Source: Omnitrophica WOR_2 bacterium GWF2_43_52 (GTDB lineage Bacteria; Omnitrophota; Gorgyraeia; Gygaellales; UBA12090). From it: a stretch of DNA of 64,000 nucleotides. Location of the stretch: assembly GCA_001805445.1 (NCBI GenBank), contig MHGF01000025.1:338-64337 (forward strand), in the 5' to 3' direction. Both the position numbers and the translations under genes were made by a program. Below the pieces are notes generated by a model. It ran no database searches and was not told where the DNA came from. It was given only the letters and a program-made list of their open reading frames with translations. Below, piece by piece: positions 9,601 to 19,562 of this stretch; the stretch's first letter is position 1, and every line of letters starts with the position of its first letter.

Positions 9601-10407
9601 GATTACGGCTTTGCAGCTAAGCTGGCGGATGAGATTAAAGCTTTGGACACACTTAGTAATAGATTGATTTCACAAGGCGAACAGTTTGCTGAGGAGCTGA
9701 GTCAGTTAAAGGTGACGCCTGCATATTTGGGAAGCCTTATAAAAGAGAGGCCTGTCGCTCTTTATTATCAATTTGCTGAGCTGGTCAAGTTAAATGATCA
9801 AAGCTATCCTGATAATTTTTCTTTGATTCTAGTCCCGTTGCCTCATGACGAGGGTAGTTTTTTAATTCAATTGCAAACACCGCAGCGCAGTATTGTAAAT
9901 ATAAATGTTTATAAAAATGGTGCTATTAAAGTTTCGCGCAATGATATTTTAAACAATTTAGACGTGAGGGTTTTAGCCATGAATATTGCAGAGGCTTTGC
10001 AAAAAGGCGTTGCTTCTTCTGGGATTCAAGGCCAGCCGCAAGGGGATATTGGAGGTATTGACTTTCGTGCGATGAATATATTGACGCAGCCAATGGGAAA
10101 CCTTTCCGGGTTGGATTTTAGTTTACCTGTGTTGAGTAGGGCAACGTTGGAAGACTTTGATATGGAGAAAGAATTAGAGCAGATTAGGAATATGGTAAAA
10201 GGCGGGATAATTCCCTCTGGCCAAAGAGTGAAGGAGTATGTAGCGGCCTGTTTTCAAAAAGGGCAAATGAAGGAAAAGGAGGATGAATTGATGTTTTGTT
10301 TGCTGGAAATCTGCATGTTGCAAGAGGAGCAAGTAGTAGAAAGCTCGGCAGCATTGAGAGAATCAATAGTTATCGTAGATACAGGAAGATACGTTTTAAA
10401 AAAGTAA
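6685..10407 (+). CDS. Large secreted, mostly alpha-helical protein of unknown function (1240 aa)
   Basis: A long ORF with a clear signal peptide and RBS context. No motif I recognise. Confidence 0.6.
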   Translation: MKSHLLHKTISLWVSFCLIFTQFAFAQGVAELNVSEYFRQIHTNVPFGDKLRPPQLRYFSYDTVTDDYRIILDKGAIKEISETDAAEKAKTLLSYFLIGVTLPNDTFWVNLRPDAPDTIIDFELEKTDIGRILLEADLQLKKDTAQCTSPQTPDGKLYWDKLYQKAGELFGSENITIPTLTRPWIVPGEIIVRETDNSAYIYKASLKVLLEEDYLKSSQLSAVSVQQYNFKDERLKELNEYSTQLIRELIIPKLTREVNTSQRYAALRQVFFSLVLSRWFKERFRGKQGAYAKLIDSKNLTNLISQEQWSKNTYFNEYKESFQHGEYNIKEGVATPYGQTIRSYVSGGIELTGAASPLNSNSFRAGEGQKITNTMLTLAGNGKNPSLQFPAVTSSPLGKPEEYNNKTNNIIKEIRDEAYKVHSGLKTIIEALRLKITTEDKAHQDIEAALDNLSSWPGILPESTDIKAMAKEIAKALRILNKYYLRDLKGILEKSGFEEQFSAMILRMEKIIPLKEQIPEALDNFMVKYKSSINQEQFQKVEELRLKERQELENKYDDFIRLCAYMEDLVSQLREHAQEPAKDSLYFDLDEWLSLEFRAQIEMIEIVAVEAVKEIHGKFQEKVNGMERQREELENDIKNIHDKMSAGVLELINRYNDLALPSFMPAGDAAVVSEDAFSLLFLENKDFNHLTQFQFLLLFASYALGNYEITRDKNIQKAFKEKSFAEGLITLYKSVYDLDERTKSFAKEPYTPNYNKALNRILIEMQKRSENLENKISGNLEYAVTNDMPFVRLPFSLRQDKDNDFIRSNLPEAISRLDNYSKELVAGYGKSRDNSMRNHLFLLNVIAVSAKVEMELLMSEINGNAEAASPLRQENQEQDELERIKKEFLPPLGAGRLTFKDAANKIVHEISQVIMEKINSTDENAASKLYREKPSPYSSLKTYLEALGFTINEKVDMQKLQNEIEALIGVIKDYGFAAKLADEIKALDTLSNRLISQGEQFAEELSQLKVTPAYLGSLIKERPVALYYQFAELVKLNDQSYPDNFSLILVPLPHDEGSFLIQLQTPQRSIVNINVYKNGAIKVSRNDILNNLDVRVLAMNIAEALQKGVASSGIQGQPQGDIGGIDFRAMNILTQPMGNLSGLDFSLPVLSRATLEDFDMEKELEQIRNMVKGGIIPSGQRVKEYVAACFQKGQMKEKEDELMFCLLEICMLQEEQVVESSAALRESIVIVDTGRYVLKK

Positions 10408-10528
10408 GCTTAGCAATACTCGCGTATCAGATATACGAGTAATGACAAGCTATTTCTGCCCACAGCTAACAAGGGCATTTTTAATACTCGTTACAGTTAG
10501 AATATCTAATTAATTTTATTAAATTATC

Positions 10529-10557
10529 TTGACAAAATAATTATTTAATGGTATAAA
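10529..10557 (+). promoter_or_regulatory. Sigma-70-like promoter for hspR (TTGACA, 17-bp spacer, TATAAA)
   Basis: TTGACA at 10529-10534, a 17-bp spacer and TATAAA at 10552-10557, about 35 bp upstream of the hspR start. Confidence 0.5.
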
Positions 10558-10591
10558 AATATTTAGAATAGAAGAAAGAGAGAGTGACCAA

Positions 10592-10849
10592 GTGCCTATG
10601 TTTGATATACAAATAAGCCCTGATGAGCCCGTATACGTGATTAGTGTTGTCAGTAAGCTGGTAGGGATACCACTGTGGACGTTACGGCAATTGGATAAGG
10701 CAGGGGTAGTCTGCCCCAAAAGAATTGGTAAAAAAAGCCGCCTTTACTCTCTTAAGGATGTGAGAAGGCTTGAGTATGTGCATTTTTTGATAGAAGAAAA
10801 ACACGTGAACATTAGCGGCGTAAAAATAATTTTAGAAAAAGAAGAGTAA
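10592..10849 (+). CDS. hspR: MerR-family heat-shock repressor HspR
   Basis: 'PVYVISVVSKLVGIPLWTLRQLDKAGVV...RLYSLKDVRRLEYV' is the HspR/MerR helix-turn-helix signature. It lies immediately upstream of hsp20 and clpB. Confidence 0.7.
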   Translation: MPMFDIQISPDEPVYVISVVSKLVGIPLWTLRQLDKAGVVCPKRIGKKSRLYSLKDVRRLEYVHFLIEEKHVNISGVKIILEKEE

Positions 10850-10867
10850 AATTTTTTTATTTTTTCG

Positions 10868-10894
10868 TTGGCACTCTTAAGCGAAGAGTGCTAA
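10868..10894 (+). promoter_or_regulatory. CIRCE operator (HrcA binding site) upstream of hsp20
   Basis: TTGGCACTC-N9-GAGTGCTAA compared with the consensus TTAGCACTC-N9-GAGTGCTAA. hrcA is encoded 3.3 kb downstream. Confidence 0.8.
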
Positions 10895-10974
10895 AATGAA
10901 CTTGATGAGAAAAGGGTAAGTGAAGGCTTTGCCTGCGGTGCAGGCAAAGCAAAGAGTGAAAGGAGGCGGTTAGA

Positions 10975-11433
10975 ATGGCTATCGTAAAATGGAGGGGAAG
11001 AGAGTGGGATCCGTTTCACGAATTAAGGGATTTGGAAAAAGGGTTAACGCGCTTCTTTGATACTTCCTATGAAATGTTGCCGGAGAAAATATCCAAAGAA
11101 GCGACATGGTCGCCGTCAATGGATATCAGCGAGGACAAAAATCAGGTAACCATCAAAGTGGATTTACCGGGAGTGAAGCAATCTGATATAGACATCTCTG
11201 TGGATAATAATATGCTGACCATTAGCGGCCAGCGTAAGCATGAGGAAGAGCATAAGGAAAAGAAATATCACAGCATTGAGAGATTTTACGGTTCGTTTTT
11301 GCGCAGCCTGCCTTTACCCGCGTATGTTGATGCCGATAAAGTAAAGGCGCAGTATAAGGAAGGGGTGTTGGCAATACATATCCCCAAAAAAGAAGGCGCG
11401 AAGGCGAAACAGATTAAGGTGGAAGTGAAATAA
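10975..11433 (+). CDS. Small heat-shock protein (Hsp20/alpha-crystallin)
   Basis: Alpha-crystallin domain, an AGGAGG RBS, and the CIRCE upstream. Confidence 0.85.
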   Translation: MAIVKWRGREWDPFHELRDLEKGLTRFFDTSYEMLPEKISKEATWSPSMDISEDKNQVTIKVDLPGVKQSDIDISVDNNMLTISGQRKHEEEHKEKKYHSIERFYGSFLRSLPLPAYVDADKVKAQYKEGVLAIHIPKKEGAKAKQIKVEVK

Positions 11434-11562
11434 GATTAGAGAAGAATTTTTTACGTTTACCGTTCACCGCTTACCGTGTACCGTTATAATCGTACATACT
11501 CTACGGTAAACGGTTCGCGGTTAACGGTACACGAAACGTGATTCTTCAAGAAGGATAGGTAA

Positions 11563-14142
11563 ATGAATTTAGACAAGTTCACCATAAAAGCGCAGGAAGC
11601 CATTCAGGATGCTGTCGCGTTAACTAAAAAGTTAAGCCACCAGCAGGTGGATAATGAGCATCTTTTGTTGTCTTTATTACGGCAGGAAGAAAGCATTGTC
11701 GTTGAGGCCCTCGTGAGCATGGGGTTGAATACGGCTTCTTTGTCGAGGGAAACTGAGGATTCCCTTAAGGAGCGTTCTAAAGTATACGCTAAGGCGCAGG
11801 AAGTGTATTTTTCTTCCCGGCTTACTACTACCTTCAGTAGTGCCGAAGAAGAGGCAAGGCGGCTTGGAGATGAGTATGTTTCGGTTGAGCATTTATTTTT
11901 AGCAATGCTTGATGATTTATCAGGGGTTTTGGGAAAACATAAGCTATCGCGTGACAGGGTGTTATCTGAGTTGGCAAAGATACGCGGAAGCCATAGGGTA
12001 ACTGATAATAATCCAGAAGCTAAATTCAAGGCATTAGAAAAATACAGCCGAAATCTTACGGATTTGGCTAACCGGGGAAAATTAGACCCGGTGATAGGGC
12101 GCGATGATGAGATTCGCCGGCTGATTCAGGTATTGTCCAGGCGCACAAAAAATAATCCCGTGCTTATCGGCGAGCCAGGTGTTGGCAAGACCGCTATTGT
12201 TGAGGGGCTTGCCCAGAGAATTATCAATAATGATGTGCCCGAAGGATTAAAAGAGAAGCAGGTAGTGGCATTAGACCTGGGGGCATTGATTGCCGGAGCA
12301 AAGTTTAGAGGGGAGTTTGAGGACAGGCTTAAGGCAGTGCTCAAAGAGATACAGGCGAAAGAAGGCCAGATTATCTTATTTATAGATGAGTTGCATACCG
12401 TAGTTGGCGCGGGATCCGCGGAAGGGGCGGTTGATGCCTCGAATATGCTTAAACCAGCGTTGGCACGGGGAGAATTGCGTTGCGTCGGCGCGACCACTTT
12501 GGATGAATACCACAAATATATTGAAAAAGACGCTGCCCTTGAACGCAGATTTCAGCCGATTTTAGTTGGCGAGCCTACGGTTGAAGATACGATTACCATT
12601 TTACGCGGGCTCAAAGAGCGGTACGAATCTCATCACGGGGTGCGGATTAAAGATTCCGCGCTTATTGCCGCGGCCACGTTATCCAATCGTTATATCAGTG
12701 AGAGGTTTTTGCCGGATAAGGCAATAGACCTGATTGATGAAGCGGCCTCAGGGCTGCGTATCGAAATAGACAGTAAGCCTCAGGAGTTAGATGAGGTAGA
12801 GCGTAAAATCATGCAGATAGAAATTGAGGCTCAAGCGTTAAAAAAAGAAAAAGACCGGAATTCAATCGAGCGGCTAAAGAAAATTGAGAAGGAGTTAGAA
12901 ATATTAAAGGAAAAATCTGAGGGGCTCACCAAGCATTGGAAACAGGAGAAAACCGTAATCAAGAAAATACAGGATGTTAAAAACAAAATAGAAGAAGTCA
13001 AGGCGGATGAGAAAAAATACGAACGCGCGGGAAACTTGGACAAGATAGCCGAGATTCGTTACGGAAAGCTGATAGCGTTAGAGAAAGAATTAGACGAGGA
13101 AAATAAGAGGCTGCAAAAGCTCCAGCAAGACAGGCAGATGCTTAAGGAAGAAGTTGATGAAGAGGATATTGCCAAGGTTTTATCTAAATGGACGCATATC
13201 CCCTCAAGCAGGTTGCTTGAAGGTGAAATCGAGAAATTATTAAAAATCGGAGAGCGGCTTAAGAGCAGGGTTATCGGCCAGGATGAGGCGGTAGAGGCGG
13301 TCTCAAGCTGTATCCGCAGGTATCGTTCGGGTTTGGGAGATCCTCACCGTCCAATGGGTTCCTTTATCTTTATGGGGCCAACCGGTGTGGGCAAGACCGA
13401 GCTCGCCAAATCATTAGCCTGGTTTTTATTTGATGATGAGCAGGCAGTGGTGCGTATAGATATGTCTGAATATATGGAGAAGCATACGGTTTCCCGGCTT
13501 GTGGGCGCGCCTCCGGGATATGTGGGCTATGAGGAAGGCGGACAGCTTACAGAAACCGTCAGGCGCAGGCCTTACGCGGTGGTCCTTTTTGATGAGATTG
13601 AGAAGGCGCATCCGGAGGTGCTGGATGTTTTATTGCAGCTTCTGGATGATGGCCGTTTAACTGACGGGCAGGGCAGAACAGTGAATTTTAGGAATACCTT
13701 GATTATTATGACCTCTAACCTCAGGGATAACGAAGCATTAAAGGGCGCTTTCCGTCCGGAATTCATTAACCGTATTGATGAAATAATTATTTTTAAGAGC
13801 CTCGGGGTTGAAGAAATAAAGAAAATAGTGGATGTTCAGTTGAATATCCTTAAGAAACGCATGGAAGAGAGAAAAATAACCTTAGAGGTAAGCGATAAGG
13901 CAAAAGAATATTTGGCGAATATCGGTTATGACCCTGTGTATGGCGCGCGGCCGCTGAAGCGGGTTATCCAAAAAAATATTCAGGATCCTCTATCGCTTAT
14001 AGTGCTGCGAGCTGAACTAAAAGAGCTCGAGACAGTGAAAGCGGCCTTAGAAAGTGAAACCAAGGGCCTGAAGAAAAATCAACTCTTAACAGAAAAATCT
14101 GAAACCAATATTGACAAGAAGATAGTTTTTGTTAAAATATAA
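11563..14142 (+). CDS. clpB: Chaperone disaggregase ClpB
   Basis: Two AAA+ modules ('GEPGVGKT', 'GPTGVGKT') with a middle coiled-coil. Confidence 0.9.
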   Translation: MNLDKFTIKAQEAIQDAVALTKKLSHQQVDNEHLLLSLLRQEESIVVEALVSMGLNTASLSRETEDSLKERSKVYAKAQEVYFSSRLTTTFSSAEEEARRLGDEYVSVEHLFLAMLDDLSGVLGKHKLSRDRVLSELAKIRGSHRVTDNNPEAKFKALEKYSRNLTDLANRGKLDPVIGRDDEIRRLIQVLSRRTKNNPVLIGEPGVGKTAIVEGLAQRIINNDVPEGLKEKQVVALDLGALIAGAKFRGEFEDRLKAVLKEIQAKEGQIILFIDELHTVVGAGSAEGAVDASNMLKPALARGELRCVGATTLDEYHKYIEKDAALERRFQPILVGEPTVEDTITILRGLKERYESHHGVRIKDSALIAAATLSNRYISERFLPDKAIDLIDEAASGLRIEIDSKPQELDEVERKIMQIEIEAQALKKEKDRNSIERLKKIEKELEILKEKSEGLTKHWKQEKTVIKKIQDVKNKIEEVKADEKKYERAGNLDKIAEIRYGKLIALEKELDEENKRLQKLQQDRQMLKEEVDEEDIAKVLSKWTHIPSSRLLEGEIEKLLKIGERLKSRVIGQDEAVEAVSSCIRRYRSGLGDPHRPMGSFIFMGPTGVGKTELAKSLAWFLFDDEQAVVRIDMSEYMEKHTVSRLVGAPPGYVGYEEGGQLTETVRRRPYAVVLFDEIEKAHPEVLDVLLQLLDDGRLTDGQGRTVNFRNTLIIMTSNLRDNEALKGAFRPEFINRIDEIIIFKSLGVEEIKKIVDVQLNILKKRMEERKITLEVSDKAKEYLANIGYDPVYGARPLKRVIQKNIQDPLSLIVLRAELKELETVKAALESETKGLKKNQLLTEKSETNIDKKIVFVKI

Positions 14143-14200
14143 GTTTCCTTTTAGAAACATAGCGTGTATCTGCGCGCAATCGAGATTTCCTTAAAACATA

Positions 14201-14938
14201 ATGGTAAGAAGAACGGATAAAGAAACGCGTAACCGCGAAGTGCTTTCGGCAGTAATCGAAAGCTATATCAAAAGGGCCTTAGCGGTCAGCTCCGATGATA
14301 TCTGCCGCGATTTTGAATGTTCTTCGGCAACGATGCGCAATGTCATGACTGAGCTTGAGGGCCAGGGGTATCTTACCCATACCCATACCTCAAGCGGGCG
14401 CATACCGACCGATCAAGGGTATCGTTATTATGTGGATATGCTTTTATCGCAGATGCAGCTTTTGGAGGAAGAGAAGAGCTCTATCACCCATGAATACTGC
14501 CGGCAGCTTACGAAATTGGAAGATATTCTTGAGAAGACTTCAGAGGTCCTCTCTACCTTTACCCATTGCGCTGGTATCGTAACTATTCTGGATAAAGAAA
14601 ATAAAATCTATTACAATGGAGCGTCATTAATTATAGGCCATCCCGAATTAAAAAATATTGAGCGAATCCGCAGCATTGTGCGTATCCTTGAGGAAAAGAA
14701 AACGCTCCTAGAGATTCTGAACCGGGATTTAGAAAAAAGGCTGCGGGTGTATATCGGCCATGAACTTGCCTGTTCTGAAATAGATACGTGCTCTTTAATT
14801 GTTTCAACCTACGAGGTTGAAGATAAGCCTACAGGGAGAATTGCCGTATTGGGGCCGCGGAGCATGAATTACAGCTCGGTTATCCCTACGATTGAGTATG
14901 TATCGGAGTTAATGAGCAAGGCATTGGAAAACTTATAA
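14201..14938 (+). CDS. hrcA: Heat-inducible repressor HrcA (short form, 245 aa)
   Basis: HrcA N-terminal winged helix. It is followed by grpE-dnaK-dnaJ. Confidence 0.7.
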   Translation: MVRRTDKETRNREVLSAVIESYIKRALAVSSDDICRDFECSSATMRNVMTELEGQGYLTHTHTSSGRIPTDQGYRYYVDMLLSQMQLLEEEKSSITHEYCRQLTKLEDILEKTSEVLSTFTHCAGIVTILDKENKIYYNGASLIIGHPELKNIERIRSIVRILEEKKTLLEILNRDLEKRLRVYIGHELACSEIDTCSLIVSTYEVEDKPTGRIAVLGPRSMNYSSVIPTIEYVSELMSKALENL

Positions 14939-14945
14939 CGAATCT

Positions 14946-15569
14946 ATGCATCTGAAAGATAATAATCAAAATGACGATAAGGAACCCCTGAAGGCCGAAG
15001 CCAAACACGCGCATGTAAAGAAGCCGGAAGAAAAAGTGATGATTGTCGCGGAGGAAGAGTATAAACGGCTGCAGGAGGAGTCCATCAAATGTAATGACCT
15101 GCACGACAGGCTCTTGAGGCTTCAGGCGGAATTTGATAATGCCCGTAAGCGTATGGAGAAGCAGTCCCAGGATTTTACTAAATATGCTAATGAAGGTATT
15201 ATTTTGGAACTGCTTACTATTCTAGACGATTTGGAAAATGCGTCACAAGCCGCGGAAAACAAGAATGCCGATTTAGCGAATTTCTTAAAAGGTATAGAGA
15301 TGATTCTTACTCATCTGTATGAGATGCTAAAATCCCACGGGGTTAAGCCTATAGAGGTCACAGGAAAGGCATTTGACCCGCATACATCCGAGGCTATGCT
15401 CCAGGTAGCTTCAGCGTTACCCGAGCATACGGTGGTTGAGGAATTGCAAAAAGGGTATTTTCTTCATGATAGAGTAGTGAGGACATCAAAAGTAAAGGTG
15501 TCAACCGGTAAACCTGTAGAACAGAAAGCTCAAATAGCATTGGAACAAAAGGATAACAAAACAGCTTAA
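14946..15569 (+). CDS. grpE: Nucleotide exchange factor GrpE
   Basis: GrpE coiled-coil plus a C-terminal beta domain. It sits in the dnaK operon. Confidence 0.85.
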   Translation: MHLKDNNQNDDKEPLKAEAKHAHVKKPEEKVMIVAEEEYKRLQEESIKCNDLHDRLLRLQAEFDNARKRMEKQSQDFTKYANEGIILELLTILDDLENASQAAENKNADLANFLKGIEMILTHLYEMLKSHGVKPIEVTGKAFDPHTSEAMLQVASALPEHTVVEELQKGYFLHDRVVRTSKVKVSTGKPVEQKAQIALEQKDNKTA

Positions 15570-15606
15570 GGTTTGAAAGGCCGAAAATATTAAGGGAGGA
15601 AGAAAA

Positions 15607-17499
15607 ATGGCTAAAGTAATAGGAATTGATTTAGGGACATCAAACTCAGCGGCAGCAGTGATGGAGGGTGGAAGGCCTGTGATTATTCCTTCCGCGGAAG
15701 GCGCGGGGGTTGCTTCAGGCAAGGCATTCCCATCATACGTAGCCTTTACCAAAGACGGCCAGCGTTTAGTAGGAGAGCCGGCGCGCCGCCAGGCAGCGAT
15801 TAATGCCGAGGGTACCATTCAGGCGGCCAAACGCAAGATGGGTACGGACCATAAATTTAAGGTCTACGGCAAGGAATATACCCCTCAGCAGATTTCCGCG
15901 TTTATTTTGCAGAAAATCAAGCAGGACGCCGAGAGCTATTTAGGGGACAAGGTTGAAGAGGTAGTGATTACCTGCCCCGCGTATTTTAACGATAACCAGA
16001 GGACCGCGACTAAAGACGCGGGTGAAATTGCCGGGCTTAAGGTATTACGCATTATCAACGAGCCTACTGCCGCCTGTCTTGCCTATGGTTTAGAAAAATC
16101 TCATAAGGAACAGAAGATTATGGTTTTTGACTTAGGCGGGGGGACACTGGATGTTACTATTATGGAAATGGCGCAAGGCGTATTTGAGGTTAAAGCTACC
16201 TCAGGAGATACGCAATTAGGCGGGACCGATATGGATAACGCCCTGATTGAGTATGTTACCAAAGAATTTAAGAAAGAGTCCGGCATTGATTTGAAAAACG
16301 ATAAGATGGCGGTACAGCGTGTGCGAGAATCGGCGGAGAAGGCGAAAATTGAGCTTTCAAGCACGGTGAGCACAGATCTAAACCTGCCTTTTATTACCGC
16401 GGATGCCACAGGCCCGAAACATCTTACGATGAATTTAACCAGGGCCAAGGTTGAGGAATTGATTATGCCTATTGTAGAAAGGTGCCACCATCCTATGGAA
16501 CAGGCGCTTTCGGATGCCAAACTTACCGCTAAAGATATCGACCGGGTGATTATGGTTGGCGGGCCAACCCGTATGCCTATTATCCAGAAATATGTTGAAG
16601 ATTTTGTGGGCAAAAAAATCGAGCGCGGTGTTGACCCTATGGAATGTGTTGCCTTGGGGGCCGCGGTCCAGGCGGCGATTATCACGGGCGATATGAAAGA
16701 CGTCTTGCTTTTGGATGTGACGCCGCTTTCACTTGGTATTGAAACCTTAGGCGGGGTCAGTACCAAACTCATTGAGAGAAATACCACTATCCCTACCAAA
16801 AAGAGCCAGATATTTTCAACTGCCGCTGATAACCAGACCGCGGTTACCATTCGCGTGCTCCAGGGTGAGCGTCAAATGGCCGATGATAATGTTGAATTAG
16901 GCAGGTTTGATTTGGTGGGTATCCCTGCCGCCCAGCGCGGCGTGCCGCAGATTGAGGTTGGCTTTGATATTGACGCTAATGGTATTGTGCACGTTTCAGC
17001 TAAAGATTTAGGTACCGGAAAGGAGCAATCTATCCGCATCACCGCGCCGAAGAAGCTATCCAAAGAGGAAATTGATAAAATGGTCAGGGACGCGGAGAAA
17101 TTCGCCGCCGATGATATCAAGAAAAAAGAGGAAGTTGAAATCAAAAATCAGGCGGATACGCTGGTGTATTCCACGGAAAAATCCTTGAAGGAGTTCGGAG
17201 ATAAAATTGCTGCTTCCGAGAAAGAGGGAATTCAGAAAAAAGTTGATGATTTAAAAGATGCGATAAAGGATAAGGATGTTGATAAAATTAAGAAGAAGAT
17301 GGAAGAGTTAACTGCCGCTTCTCATAAATTAGCCGAAGAAGTATATAAACAGGCAGCGGCCAAACAACAAGGGCAGAAGCCTGAAGAGAAAGCCCAGGGT
17401 TCATCAGAGCGGGGACAGAAGACAGAAAAAGAACCAAAAGAAAAACAGAAGGATGAGGATATCATTGACGCCGAGTACAAGGCGGAGGATGATAAATAA
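15607..17499 (+). CDS. dnaK: Hsp70 chaperone DnaK
   Basis: '[10 protein letters not shown]' and 'DLGGGTLD' motifs. Confidence 0.95.
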   Translation: MAKVIGIDLGTSNSAAAVMEGGRPVIIPSAEGAGVASGKAFPSYVAFTKDGQRLVGEPARRQAAINAEGTIQAAKRKMGTDHKFKVYGKEYTPQQISAFILQKIKQDAESYLGDKVEEVVITCPAYFNDNQRTATKDAGEIAGLKVLRIINEPTAACLAYGLEKSHKEQKIMVFDLGGGTLDVTIMEMAQGVFEVKATSGDTQLGGTDMDNALIEYVTKEFKKESGIDLKNDKMAVQRVRESAEKAKIELSSTVSTDLNLPFITADATGPKHLTMNLTRAKVEELIMPIVERCHHPMEQALSDAKLTAKDIDRVIMVGGPTRMPIIQKYVEDFVGKKIERGVDPMECVALGAAVQAAIITGDMKDVLLLDVTPLSLGIETLGGVSTKLIERNTTIPTKKSQIFSTAADNQTAVTIRVLQGERQMADDNVELGRFDLVGIPAAQRGVPQIEVGFDIDANGIVHVSAKDLGTGKEQSIRITAPKKLSKEEIDKMVRDAEKFAADDIKKKEEVEIKNQADTLVYSTEKSLKEFGDKIAASEKEGIQKKVDDLKDAIKDKDVDKIKKKMEELTAASHKLAEEVYKQAAAKQQGQKPEEKAQGSSERGQKTEKEPKEKQKDEDIIDAEYKAEDDK

Positions 17500-17575
17500 A
17501 CTGCTAAACTGTCAAATTGGCACATTGTTTTTTATTCTCAACAATGTAACAATTTAGCAATGTAACAGTTAAACA

Positions 17576-18736
17576 ATGATGAGTACTAAACGCGACTATT
17601 ACGAAATACTCAATGTAAGCAAGGCCGCTCCTTTGGATGAGATAAAGAAGGCATACAGAACTCTTGCCATGAAGTATCATCCTGACCGTGTCCCTCCTGA
17701 GCAAAAAAAAGAGGCGGAGGAAAAGTTTAAGGAGATATCTGAGGCCTACGCGGTTCTATCCGATACCCAGAAAAGATCGCTCTACGATCAATACGGCCAT
17801 TCGGGGATTGACCAGAAATATGCCTATGAAGATATCTTTAAGGGCGCTGATTTTGGCAGCATTTTTGGTGACGCGAAAGGGTTTGGCGGAGGTATCTTTG
17901 ACGAAATTTTCAGCGATTTAGGCTTTGATATATTTGGAGGCGGAGCCCGAAAGCAGGGGACACGTTCGCGCAGGGGAAGAGATATCCAGATTGAGGTGGA
18001 TATTACTTTAGAAGAAGCTTATGCGGGGTTGGAAAAGACTATTAATGTTCCCCGCTATGAAATTTGCTCAACCTGCCAGGGACAGGGGGCGAAACCGGGT
18101 TCGAAAAAGACTGCCTGCAGCCAGTGTAAGGGCGCGGGGCAGGTAATTATGTCCAGCGGCTTCTTTCAGATACGTCAGACCTGTCCGAAGTGCCGCGGCG
18201 AAGGCTCTTTTGTAGGCCAGCCCTGTACTTCTTGCCAGGGGCAGGGCAGGATAAAAATTACCCGTAAGATAGAGGTTAAAATTCCCGCGGGCATTGATAC
18301 GGGCTCATCGCTGCGGGTGCGCGGTGAAGGTGAAGCCGGAACACAGGGGCATGGGGATCTCTATGTTTTGATTAATGTCCTGCCGCATAATAACTTTGAA
18401 CGCCATAATAATGATATTGTAACTGAAAGCAGGATACCTCTTTCGACTGCTCTTTTGGGCGGGGAAGTTGAAGTTTTGACTTTAGAGGGGAAAGTGAAAA
18501 TGAAAATCCCTTCGGGCACTCAGCCGGGAAAGATATTTCGGCTCAAGGAAAAAGGCATGCCGGATGTGCATAGCTATGACCGGGGAGATCAGCTTGTGCG
18601 GATGAATGTTGAGATTCCTAATGATTTAACAGCGCAGCAGAGAAAGCTTATAGAAGAGTTTGCCGCGCTGCGCGGGGAAGAGGTAGATGCGGGAAAAGAG
18701 TCTTTTACGGACAAAGTAAAGAAAGTGTTTAGATAA
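17576..18736 (+). CDS. dnaJ: Hsp40 co-chaperone DnaJ
   Basis: J-domain 'HPD', a G/F region, and four CxxCxGxG zinc repeats. Confidence 0.9.
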   Translation: MMSTKRDYYEILNVSKAAPLDEIKKAYRTLAMKYHPDRVPPEQKKEAEEKFKEISEAYAVLSDTQKRSLYDQYGHSGIDQKYAYEDIFKGADFGSIFGDAKGFGGGIFDEIFSDLGFDIFGGGARKQGTRSRRGRDIQIEVDITLEEAYAGLEKTINVPRYEICSTCQGQGAKPGSKKTACSQCKGAGQVIMSSGFFQIRQTCPKCRGEGSFVGQPCTSCQGQGRIKITRKIEVKIPAGIDTGSSLRVRGEGEAGTQGHGDLYVLINVLPHNNFERHNNDIVTESRIPLSTALLGGEVEVLTLEGKVKMKIPSGTQPGKIFRLKEKGMPDVHSYDRGDQLVRMNVEIPNDLTAQQRKLIEEFAALRGEEVDAGKESFTDKVKKVFR

Positions 18737-18912
18737 AGAAGAGAACAGAAGACAGAGTACAGAAAACAGAAATTAGTAGAAATATACAGCAAAGCGAGGA
18801 AATTGATTGAGCTCATTGTTGGTAGAATTTCCACGAATTTCAATAAATTTCTGCATATTTCTGTAATCTGTTCTCTGTTATCTGTTATCTAACCGAACGA
18901 AGTGAGGTTATA

Positions 18913-19176
18913 ATGCCAACATATGAATACGAATGTAAGTCTTGCGCGTACCGTTTTGAAAAGTTTCAAAGTATGACAGATAAGCCTTTGTCGCGCTGTC
19001 CAAAGTGCAAAAAGTCACTACGCAGGATTATTGGTAATGGCGCGGGTATAATTTTTAAGGGAGCAGGGTTCTACGCGACTGATTACCGAAAATCAACCGG
19101 AAAAGAAAAGAGCGCGCAGGCTGCGTGCGCTGCAAGTAAGCCATCGTGCCAAGGCTGTCCTTCGGCGAATAAGTAA
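18913..19176 (+). CDS. FmdB-family zinc-ribbon protein
   Basis: 'YEYECKSC...RCPKC' zinc ribbon. Confidence 0.6.
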   Translation: MPTYEYECKSCAYRFEKFQSMTDKPLSRCPKCKKSLRRIIGNGAGIIFKGAGFYATDYRKSTGKEKSAQAACAASKPSCQGCPSANK

Positions 19177-19187
19177 CGCTCTCTGCG

Positions 19188-19562
19188 GTGCGAAAATTTT
19201 TTCTTTATTGGTTTCCTGTTTATAGTTATATGGCGCTTATTTTCTATCTTTCTTCCTTAAGCCGTCCCCCCGAACAGTTCTCTCTTTTTGAATGGGATAA
19301 ACTTAACCATTGCCTTGAATATGCCATTTTGGGGCTGCTCCTTATAAGGGCATTGAATGAACACTATGGCAAGGTGGGTTTCCTTCAGCTGCAAATTATC
19401 GCTTTTATCATCGCGGCCGTTTATGGGGCAAGCGATGAGTTTCATCAAAGCTTTATTTTTGGCAGAAGCGCGAGTTTCCTTGATTGGATTACCGATATGA
19501 TAGGCGCGGCTATCGGCGCGTTTTTTATTCTTAAGCGAAAGAAGGCCTCATGGCAGAAATAA
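19188..19562 (+). CDS. VanZ-like membrane protein
   Basis: Small 4-transmembrane protein with VanZ-like motifs. Confidence 0.5.
   Translation: MRKFFLYWFPVYSYMALIFYLSSLSRPPEQFSLFEWDKLNHCLEYAILGLLLIRALNEHYGKVGFLQLQIIAFIIAAVYGASDEFHQSFIFGRSASFLDWITDMIGAAIGAFFILKRKKASWQK

Noticed and set aside
10408-10528. A HAIR (HspR) operator upstream of hspR
   Set aside because: Only a loose inverted repeat (tactcg...cgagta) is present, and nothing matches CTTGAGT-N7-ACTCAAG, so none is called.
16101-16850. 249-aa ORF on the minus strand
   Set aside because: It lies entirely inside dnaK on the opposite strand and has a low-complexity Ser/Thr/Ile-rich translation. It is a shadow ORF.
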